Assembly (NCBI GenBank): GCA_910592345.1
Contig: CAJVPI010000021.1
Coordinates: 1-64,000, forward strand
Reading direction: 5' to 3'
DNA length: 64,000 bases
Source of the DNA: Paraglomus brasilianum
Lineage: Eukaryota
A program made the translations under genes and the position numbers. The stretch's first letter is position 1; every line of letters starts with the position of its first letter. Of the stretch, positions 54,482 through 64,000 are shown in pieces. The notes beneath the pieces were generated by a model. The model did no database searches and was not told where the DNA came from. It saw nothing but the letters and a program-made list of their open reading frames with translations.

Positions 54482-54925
54482 TACAGTCAGGCCCCCCTAC
54501 AGTCACAGTCACCCCCCCTACAATCACAGATTTTTGCGGGACGGAATCTTGTAATAGTAAAATTTCCCCCAAGAGTCACATTACTGGTTGTAATCACTAT
54601 CACACTTGTTGAGAGGTCAAAAAGGCTTTTTTGATAGTAAATCGACCCCCTTTACAGTCAATTCACGTGACTTAAATGTTGTGTTTACCCATTATTTTTG
54701 TTGCAGATTATAATACATCGTAACTCAACGCTTTGCTTGTTAAACTTACTATGCTCGCAGCAGCAACAAAAAAAGACATCGTTCACAAATAGCTGACATT
54801 CGTAAAGAAATATGTAATTATGCACAGAAGTTTCCTAATAAAAAACACCAATCCATTGCCGATTTCTTCAATGATCAATATTCAACTCTTAATATTGACA
54901 GGTCCACAATTTCGAAAATTGGTAT
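54482..54925 (+). mobile_element. pogo/Tigger (CENP-B-like) transposon 5' remnant
   Basis: TA|CAGT start with repeated ccccctacagtca-like subterminal motifs (~54492, 54512, 54646), then KRHRSQIADIRKEICNYAQKFPNKKHQSIADFFNDQYSTLNIDRSTISKI, a CENP-B N-terminal HTH. Truncated after that. Confidence 0.8.
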
Positions 54926-55090
54926 AATAAATTAAATGCTTTTGCTTTATTCATTTATATTACTATGAGTTCTTCACACTAGCAATAATAATAAACACAT
55001 GTTTGTTACTTTAGTAAGACAGCAGTGCAGATTAATATTAATATAGTAAATAAATACATGTAGTCAAAGAGCACATAATGAGAAACACGC

Positions 55091-55207
55091 CCAATCACTA
55101 TATTTGCATTATGAGCCAATCAAAATTTAATTTTAATTTCGGCCAATTAAAAAATAGCTTATCATCGGCCAATCGCATGGATTTTTAATCATTGCTTAAA
55201 TATAAAA
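55091..55207 (+). promoter_or_regulatory. Four regularly spaced CCAAT boxes followed by TATAAAA
   Basis: CCAAT at 55091, 55116, 55143 and 55169; TATAAAA at 55201-55207; 5' splice site gtgagt at 55256. Confidence 0.6.
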
Positions 55208-56074
55208 GAAGCATGACACGCGACCGTGTGTTTATTCATTATATCTACACAACAGGTGAGTCTAAATAAAATTTGTTTTCAAAAACCTTACGCTATAAGC
55301 AAAGGTCTGCTGCAGTTTTAATCATTGTTAAAAGTCGCACACAATAAATCTGTCTTTTCATGCAATACATGTTTCATAATGCGTTTATAAGATGTTACTA
55401 TCTGATCGCTCTCGTTTCCACTTTAAACACATTACTAGAACAAAACACTAAATATTAACCCTAACCTTAAACCAAATCTAGGCAGAAACCAACTCCCCCC
55501 CTTTTAGTCGCCGTCTCTCGCTCAGAGGAGACGCAGGATATAGGACACGGTATTGAAATCGCATAACTCGTTTGTCTTTACTTGTACGTATATACAATTA
55601 TAATACATATTAATATAAATCATGAAATTATCTTCAGATTACCAAGGGCCGCCTGCCGTCATGTCAAATGCGATGAGACTGCCACACTCATAATAAATAA
55701 TAATGATTCTATGACGGTGGGTGATTATGAGCAAATCGTGACTGGGGAGAAGTTGGACATTCCTTTCTCAAAAACCACAGCTCGCTTTCCCAATTGCCCC
55801 CATTGCTTTCTTGTCTCTCTGCTCTACTACCACATCACTACAACATCTTAGCCTGACCTACTCTTTGTTGCACGCCTACTTGATGTCCTTGCTCCCGACG
55901 CGTCAGACCGCAACTGTTCAAACCCATTCACACTCACCGTAACAGACTTTGACGGTATAGGTAAGTATGGTCGTCAGTACCATATTCAAGCATAGATACT
56001 TGTCAATCGAAGGGCGTTGACAAATTTCGAGGACTCATTCCTGGGAGGACGTGAAATTTCTTTCTCTTGTGTTT

Positions 56075-56282
56075 TCCATCTCCATCGTCTCCATATTAAT
56101 ATCATTTTGCCTTTTTCCCCTCCCCCCTCTTCTTGTTATCTTTATGATCCTGTCACATGATATGCGGGTAATAGAATTCCAGTGAACCATTTTAATATCC
56201 ATAATCTCCATCGTCTCCATATTAATATCCATCATCTCCATATCCATTCCATCGTCTCCGTTTCCATCATCTCCATCTCTAT
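56075..56282. repeat. Degenerate tccatc/tctccat minisatellite
   Basis: Repeated ctccatc(g)tctccatattaatatc units at 56075-56103 and 56195-56282. Confidence 0.7.
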
Positions 56283-57396
56283 TCACCTCTGACTGTATAC
56301 ATCCAATTCTTTTTTTTAGAACTACCTGCCTATCGATGTAGCGTATGCTGCGGCAAAGAGGATCGGGCCATATATGTTTCTGGTGATATCGCCTACGAAA
56401 AAGGTGACAGAGTAGGTCACGGTTACGTGAATGATGATAAAGTCCTGTTTACAATACTATCCGATCTCATTGTTCTGTAAATTGAAATTTTGTATAATAT
56501 TTCACAAATTACTGTTCATATTCATATTCACATGTGTATTCATTTGACGTAATTGCATTAATAAGGATAGCATAATAATGCCCTTGGAAAATCTTCAGCA
56601 TGGGGGGCATAGGTGTCTGTCTTCAAAAAGTCATTACTCCTCACTGGTTTATCCGTTTGCTGAGATCAAAGAAAAATATATGGTAGCACAATTTGCAAAA
56701 ATTTACATGCGAATAATTTTTTAACTTGACACTATTCTTCAACCATAAAAGTAATTCAGCTTGTCCTGGAGATTTAAATCAAAGTACAAATAGCATAGTA
56801 ATAATATCCTCACAAAATTAAGGGTCAAGATCTGCCCAAAATTGGCCTACAGATTAAGGGATAAATATAAAGTGAAAGTCAATTGCAACAATCCAATTAA
56901 TAATACTGTTATTATTATAGCTTTCTCTAACAATTGATGCACAGACTTAAGATGGTATGGTTTGCTAAACCACAAGAAAAGTTATGATTCGTTTTTATAG
57001 GATCTTTATTGGCAACTACAGAAAACTGCTAAAGCTGCTTTTAGACAGCTAGTACATATATACATGACTAAACTGAATCAATATGTTATTTCATTGTTAA
57101 TAAGGTTAGATAAAGTATTTATAGATGCCCAGAGTGGTGAGGAGTATGTCAGGGAGAATAGGTGGAGAGGAGGAGCCAAAGATCATGATAGAAACATGGG
57201 GCACTTGTGACGTCAGTGCCTGGAGTATTTTCATACTATCTACTCCAACTGTTTGTAAGTGATTAGATTCTGATCGAAGCACAATACGAATAGCTTGTTT
57301 GCAAAACGCCATTTAATTATGCACTCTTTAGGCAGGCCAACACAACAAGTTATACAACGCGAACACAAAGAATCTTAACCACCTGAGAGAACTTCT

Positions 57397-60251
57397 TCAG
57401 GTTTTGGTTTTCTTTATCTTGGGAGTAGAGTTTGAAAAAGTCAAGGTATCTTCCTGGAGCGCATAATTGCGTCTTCGTCTGAGTCTTGCGTGTTCGATCT
57501 TGAGCGTGATGCAAAGGTCCATCAGCCTGCTTAATCGCACCTTCAAAATAATTATAGTTGATTATGGCATGCTGTATATATTGACGAGAAACTTTTCAGA
57601 AAGAACAAACCTCCAGGGAGCGTAACATAATATGCACATCCTCGTAGGCAGGTAGCTCTTGTGCCGTCGCGGGTAGCTCGGCCTTGTCAATTAATCCAAA
57701 TCGATAAATACCTGGCGCTCTGAGGTCCATTGCGTAGAGTCGTAGTTGCCAGCCTAAGGTGTGGTATATATTTTTTTAGTCTTCGCATCAATAGAAAACC
57801 TAGATCTTAGCAATTTTAGAACACGTACCGACGACCTGGCAGCCAAATACTACAATCTTCATGTAATATTCTGTAGGAAGGCCGGGATAAGTTTTCATAA
57901 TTCGATTAATCATGTCCCTCATGCCAACCATGATCTTGAGTTTATCGGTCCAAATCTTTTTGGGGCAACCTGCCGGCAGGCCCCCCGAGACTTCGCAAAT
58001 AAAACCTTCCAGAGCTGGTCCCACAGGAAAGTCGATAATAAGATCTGTCTTTTGACCAATGCGAGCACGCTCATCGGGATCTTGGCCATCGATGCGTCTT
58101 TCTTGACTAGCGAATAACTGTTGTTCCAGCCTGAGAATGGAGGGATCCAATAAGAAGGAAATGTGTAAGGTGAAGAAAGTTTACTTATAAGACAAAAGCT
58201 CGTGTTACCAGCGCTTGCGGAATTTTTCTCGAAGTGGGTCCAAGCTGATGTTAAATACGGGTGCCACGAAAAGAACCGTATGCTCACCTTCCGAGATCGG
58301 CAGGTTGAGGTGTTCAAGATGCGACCTCATTATTGTCAGTTGAGCATTCAGCAAAGGAGCAGCCTGTTGGTTATTAATATCCTATTTAAAAGAAAAAGAA
58401 CAGAATGAAGCATGAATATAAAATGATAGTTACAAAACACTGCCGTTACCTTCCCATTGTCAAAAAGGTTCAGATCAGCTTGATTGGGTTCCGCCATCGT
58501 CCAATCCACATCCCTCTGAAAATCATCTACGATGTTTTTCCATATCGTCACAAACTTGTCTTTTGTCGCTTTGTGTTGACCAGTCAAGTCGAGAATGCCC
58601 CAGTAGGGGGGACTTCCAAAGGGAGATTTTTATTAATAAATCTCCCCCAGAGAACCCTTGCAAGAAAAATGTAATACTTACTGAAGTTCGGGTGTCTTTT
58701 TCGGCAACTTTTCACGCACGGAATGAAATTGTTTGATGATATCTACATTACCGATACTGTAAGAGCCCCAAACGACAGCCACTAGTGTCTCAGATCTTGA
58801 TCTTTGTTGCACAGTTTCCTCCTCTTCAAAGAAATACTCCAGTTCCACTTTATCCGTCAGCTCGTCAAAGTATTCCTTTGAAGTTACAACCTCTTGTTGA
58901 CGGGTGGGCGATTCTTCTTCTTTATCAAGTATACATAAGGAAGATAGACGATTTAAATAAGCATATAAAAACTAAAAAGCATATAATATCTTCAGCAGAG
59001 TTGTTTCCTAGAATACCATCGTTCGCATCATCTTCTGGCTCCTGTTCTTTTCTCTGGACATAATTTATCAAAATATACATTTAATGACGTTTTAGTAAAA
59101 ATAGCAGAAGCAGCCTGCTTAGAACAAACCTTTTTGCTGCTATGCACAGATTTATTCATTAAAGGCGTTATATTCTGCGCCGGTAACTGCTGGTGACCTT
59201 CGCCATTCCTACCAATTAAAAAAGGATTGTCACCGGCCTCGATGGAGAAGTCGATAGCCTGTTGCTAAGTCAGCATAATTGTTAGTGGTATTTCCAAAGA
59301 GGCCAAGTAAAATAGGAAGTAACTGGCCCAGTAATTCCGTCTCTTTAACTCGGGTCATGCACAATTTGCCAAAATTTTCACTAGTACCTTATTTCTATTG
59401 AGATCGCCCGCCGTAATGAGTTCATGTCTTCTGTTTCCAATTGCAGTAGAATGCACGTTCAGTTCCCGGCTGCGGTCGAGGACATAGTTCAACTAGCAGA
59501 AAAGAGTCAGTTGTAGATAATACAACAGTGATATGAGTGACAGTTAAACATTTACATCTTCAGCCTCAATATGCGACAACATCAGTTGCTTCTGGAATTC
59601 GACATGCTGGAGGTCACGTTGTAAGTTCAAACTCTTGCGATTACTCCAGAAGGTCCTGACTTCTGCAGAACATTTGCTGGCCTGGAAAAGCTCAACAAGT
59701 GAGAAAAAGCATAATGATACAACAATGATTTACACAGATAGAGGTACTATTGACGAACTGCAACGAGCTCAGCGACCCAACACTGGGGCAACTCAGCGAT
59801 CACACCAGTGTGTTGCAGCAATAGCTCAGCGACCTACCAAGAGCCCCAATCAGCTCAGCGACCGATTGTGCCCACCATACAGATCTCAGCGGATCTCTAT
59901 TGCAAGGGGGCAGGGCTCTTGGCTCGTCAATAGTACCAAAACGCGTACCTGCCAGTCATTGAGTAGCACCTGCGCCCTTTGTCCACGAGTGTTGTCTTTG
60001 TCTTTTTTGCAAATGGTGATAAGGAAATTTTTGAACGCACTATGTTCGGAGTCATGGTCCAAAAATTCAGCGCTTTTGGATCTCCACTGCAGGAAATCGA
60101 TAAGCGACCATTGTGGGATGTCGGTATTTTGGAAGTAGTCGGGCAATTTAAAAGTATCCTGTAGAATAGATTTGGTTCAGTTTGACGAAGTTTCAGGGAA
60201 AAAAAATGATAGACTTACGTCGATATCCTTGTCGATCACAGCCGAGGACAT
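57397..60251 (-). CDS. Intact ~12-exon gene for a PD-(D/E)XK REase-fold (Crinkler-effector-like) protein
   Basis: Traced as one open frame across GT-AG introns: MSSAVIDKDID|DTFKLPDYFQNTDIPQWSLIDFLQW...LLNDWQ|ASKCSAEVRTFW...|...HPPYWGILDLTG...|...SEGEHTVLFVAPVF...RW|LEQQLFASQERR...GQKTDLII...GFICEVSGG...KKIWTDKLK...VFGCQVVG|WQLRLYAMD...|VRLSRL...STPKIKKTKT*. The KTD...ICEVS arrangement fits an REase active site. Confidence 0.8.
59743..59937 (-). ncRNA. Candidate structured intronic RNA: five hairpins with identical CGCUGA hexaloops inside a perfect 14-bp closing stem
   Basis: Closing stem ggtactattgacga (59743-59756) / tcgtcaatagtacc (59924-59937). Five CTCAGCG copies on the plus strand (59768, 59792, 59825, 59854, 59885), each at a hairpin apex. 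Stem mismatches resolve as G-U pairs only on the minus (sense) strand. Confidence 0.75.
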
Positions 60252-61430
60252 CGCGCGACAAGAAGAATCTAGGACTACCCAATTTCGCGTTTTTTGATAG
60301 ATCGGCAAGTACACCAAATTTAGGATATATCCGCAGTAAAGTCACGTTTTCACTGATATATGATAATAAAAATACTCATATAACAATAAATCATGTGAAG
60401 AGTATGATTTTCGTAATCTTTTACAATTTTATTGAGAGAATTATTATTATTTCACTTTCCATAATATAATTGTTTGTTCAGTTCACGTAACTTCCTCTTC
60501 CTTCAATAAAGATGTAATTTGTCACTACAGTATAAAGTAAATGTTTCAACAATTGTCACGGTTAATGAAAAAGCAAAGTCAGCTGATTTACCCTAATAGC
60601 CAAAAATACATGTTTCAGAGCGTGCGTGTTTATAATAAATATTGAATAGCAAACTCTTGCCCAGTCATTCGATAGGCCTTGCTTGGGGTTGGCGGAAAAT
60701 CATACAAACAGCAATCTCGAATTCAATACCAATCAAATTATGCTGCAGAAGTAAATTCGAACAGACCTTGCTGAGGTGTTGGAAAGAAAAAAGAATAAGA
60801 AGTGGCCAATGCAAAAAGCCAAGAAGCTAGGACATAAAATTTATGCGTTATTTGCGAATTTTGTGAACTGGTTATCAGACTTTCCGGTAGGTCTAGAAGA
60901 TAGAATAAGATACAGTCCTCATGTTACACTATTACGCGTTATGATCAACTAGTAGATATTGCATGAATATGCGGCCCGGGACATTGCCAATTTAAGTTTA
61001 TTAACAAACAATCTTACGATGCGTTGTAATCGTATAACTCCTAGTGGTCCAAAAAAGTCCAACGAATCATTATCCCTTCCATACAACTTGATTATTGTTT
61101 CTATTTTGCAATGGCCTCGCCAAAGCGTCATTTTTATGAAATACTTTGCCAGAACTCGTTACTGTTTACTGGTTGGTTCAAAACAGCGAATGCATGAACG
61201 TAATTTATTGCCAATGAACACTACATACATAGATGCAAACGATATTAATGGAATCGAGGGAAATCGAAAGTGTAATGTCAAGAATGAATAGGGAATAAGA
61301 GCTGTAAGGAATGAAGGGGGTATTGTCCTTTACATTTGTTTTACACCACAAAACCTGCGGGACACACCAGTAGTAAAGTACAAGAATTTTTTGATACAAA
61401 CCGACGGTTGTAATATACAATCGATTCACT

Positions 61431-62979
61431 TCAAATCAATAATGCAACTGTAACCATGACGACAACCCAAAGTCTATTGTATACCCTCGCGCTGTTATCA
61501 ACACCGCTATTACTATGTTCACTAACAGTTGAGTTTCCATAAGGATTCCATCCATCTCCAGATCCATCATACCCATCGAATCCACTATTGTCATCGTCCC
61601 CAGCTTTAGACGTGCCATTAAGGCCTGGCAATGCCTGTGGATTCCACACTGTCCAAAATTCACTTGGTCCAGTTGTTATGCCAATAAGTTTGTTTAAAAG
61701 GGCTGTGTAACGTCCATCAGGATCTCCATAATGATCACGAGCTGCGTACAAGGGCGTGGTAAGCGTATCCGGTGGCTCTTTTGCTTTTTTTCCGTTCTTC
61801 AGATCGGCTAGAAAACCTTCTGTGATTGGAACCAAGAAATCGATAGCTGTTTTTATCGTTGCGCCTTGGTCGGTTTTCGCTTCCCACACGTTAGTGCCAT
61901 TAAGCTTGTCCGATAGACGGGCGATGTATACTAGCGCAACCAAGTTAAAGCATTGGTAGTGGAATGGCTTTGTACGCACTGCTTCTAGAGGTTGTTCTCC
62001 GTCTTTGTTTATTTGACCTTTGTATATACCGTTGACATAGCTGCTAATCAATTTACGAGCCTCATCGTCTCTGTCTGCAAAATGTAAATAGGTAGCTGTT
62101 TGTGCTATATGGAACGAACCGTGGTTGTTGGCAGCAGCCTCTTCTTCTTTGCCAAGGTCTGAGGTGAGCAACCAAGTTGAGTAATCACTAAACCATGCTT
62201 TAAGGCCTTTTGTTAAGCTGGTGCCCACACTCGACTTTTCGAGCAGCGCGACGACTGGAGGAACGTATACGAACGATCTTAGATCCAGTATACCTTCTGG
62301 TCTACCCTCATTGCGACCTTTACCGCGTATGACTTGTCCAAAGAACAATTCCGGTTTCATGAATGTTTTGTTGTTCAAGAACCAAGTATCCAAAAGGTGT
62401 GCAGTCTTCTTGGCGAGATTATCATCACCAGATAACGCATATGCAAGTGCCATTGTGGTCACATCTGTAGTCATGCTACTAGCATCCTGTGGGTCAGATA
62501 TTTTTCCAATGTCAGGGACGTATTGTCCGTCTTTTTGTTCATACGGACAGTCTGTCTGTTCGTCCTGCACATTTTTAATACCTTTACAGTTTGGCCACCA
62601 GTAGGGAGCCCATGAGTAGAATTCGTGTAGATCTTTGTTGGGAGGAATGACGGAGGAATTGATGACTGAGTATGGATTAGGATTAGCGAGAGCTTGTTTG
62701 GCTTTTCTACGTATTGCTTCAACTGCTGAACTTGCTACTCCGGGATTGTCTAAATATTTGGCTTTGAATGTGTTCAAACCATCAATATCGAGAAGATCCA
62801 TTTGGAGGCCAGCTGTTATGATCAAAATGCGATATCAATACTAGATTCGTAATAAAAGTCACTTTTGCATATATATATAGTCGACTAGATCTGATGGGTT
62901 TGTCCATCTCGCAACTCTTACCTTCAGCAACTGAAATCCATATTGTCAGTAGAGCTGCCAGCAGCGTTGGTATCTTCAT
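61431..62979 (-). CDS. Secreted alginate-lyase-family (PL5/chondroitin AC-alginate lyase-like) protein with hydrophobic C-terminal anchor, 2 exons
   Basis: Signal peptide MKIPTLLAALLTIWISVAE, then an intron; HEFYSWAPYWWP, QKDGQYVPD, LDTWFLN..TFMKPEL, AANNHGS, GEQPLEAVRTKPFHYQCFNL; Gly/Ser/Asp linker and a hydrophobic tail LWVVVMVTVALLI*. Confidence 0.9.
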
Positions 62980-63452
62980 ATTCTATGTACGTATGTAATG
63001 AATGTCTAGTAGGAGAGTGATTTTGTAAACTGCTATGTAAAGGACAATCGATTAATTATTCTTCGCTATGACGGTGAATGTTTGTCAGCGAAGAAATTGC
63101 CCCTCCTGTCAAAGGTAGGCAGTTCTACCAAGAGAATGAAGAAAGTGGTTCGGTGTGTGGTGCTGGGAGTGGCATTGGAGACAGATAAAATAGTATTTAA
63201 AACAAGGGCAATTGTGCGAGACGTCCAATTAGATTCTACTGTCCAATTGCATACAACAATTGTGGCATTGACGAAATCTTTTTAACCCTGAATTGGCGAT
63301 CAAGTGTTTGTTTGCTCAATGTGGATAAATTCTGTTTATGAATAACGGCATGATAAATATAGATTAAAAGAAGTGCTGGGCATGTGCAATACAAACATAA
63401 TGCAGGAAAATATTAATAGATCCGATATTTTTGTTTCGAAAATACAAAAGGG

Positions 63453-63526
63453 GGTTTATACTATAAAAAGTTGTTTCATATTTAATATAAAGTCCAAAAA
63501 AGGTTTATACTATAAAAAGTTGTTTC
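63453..63526. repeat. 25-bp direct repeat, two copies
   Basis: ggtttatactataaaaagttgtttc at 63453-63477 and 63502-63526. Confidence 0.8.
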
Positions 63527-64000
63527 GTAAACGAAAGATAAGAAAGAATTTACGAGTCCAAGTCCAAAATTTTGATACGTATGCTAAAGTATTAGAGCTT
63601 GCAAGCGTTAAGAAAAGGAAGTAATAAGGTCTGCAAAGGTTGTGGTTTCTTTAATATTAATGCATAAAACTTTGGTTACTTCGGCTTTAACTTTGTTACA
63701 TCGCAGTAATTGCAGGGGCCAAAGAAACCACATTGATTCGCAAATGTGTATACTCCTGGTTTGGATTTTTTGCGTGTTACCCACTTAAACAATCATCGAG
63801 CACAAGATATAACTAGTTGCATTCGACCTATAAATAACTTTGGCAGAATTATGGGCCTTGTCTATGTTCTAGCTTTCCACTATTCCCATCGATACCACAT
63901 CAATTGTTAAAGTCTATAGTTTGTACAAACGATCAACGTTATGCTGAGCTACTAGTTTACATAGCGTCTTGTATTTTTCAAGACGGCGAAGCCAAGAATG

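Noticed and set aside
59766..59894. CRISPR-like array (short repeat with unique spacers)
   Set aside because: The repeat is only 7-12 bp, spacers are irregular and base-pair with each other, the context is a eukaryotic intron and there are no cas genes. A folded multi-hairpin element explains it better.
59743..59937. Hammerhead ribozyme or C/D snoRNA, because of the CUGA motifs
   Set aside because: There is no CUGANGA plus GAAA core and no RUGAUGA box C; the CUGA copies sit in apical loops.
59635..60138. 167-aa plus-strand ORF
   Set aside because: It is the antisense shadow of exons 2-3 and the GC-rich intron of the minus-strand gene, has no ATG at its start and shows no recognisable motif.
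63453..63526. Mini CRISPR (25-bp repeat, 24-bp spacer)
   Set aside because: Only two AT-rich copies are present; this is a simple local duplication.
1..64000. tRNA, rRNA or spliceosomal snRNA genes
   Set aside because: No cloverleaf with a T-loop consensus and no recognisable rRNA or snRNA sequence was seen by eye; tRNAscan-SE and cmscan would be needed to exclude them.

Overview
A 64 kb, AT-rich, intron-rich eukaryotic window that looks like an early-diverging fungus (Mucoromycota, most likely Glomeromycotina-like; this is inferred from gene content, short GT-AG introns and the accessory gene families, not from a search). It carries a core of apparently intact conserved genes: TMEM41-like, SPF45/RBM17, mitochondrial RSM27/mS33, mitochondrial TrpRS, an Nrp1/Dri1-like DEDDh exonuclease-RRM-5x RanBP2 zinc-finger protein, YME1, MOB4/phocein, HSP20, a peroxisomal acyl-CoA dehydrogenase, a small C2H2 protein, VMP1, an intronless SERTA-like protein and a secreted alginate-lyase-family enzyme. 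These are interleaved with decayed transposons (Tc1/mariner, piggyBac, pogo/CENP-B, a MITE) and several PD-(D/E)XK restriction-endonuclease-fold (Crinkler-effector-like) genes and pseudogenes. The most striking unexplained signal is a 195-nt, almost fully base-paired element in intron 2 of an intact REase-fold gene (59743-59937, minus strand). It displays the same hexaloop, CGCUGA, on five hairpins whose stem sequences differ, which suggests a selected multivalent protein-binding intronic RNA. All exon models were traced by eye, so boundaries are approximate, and no database searches or folding programs were run.
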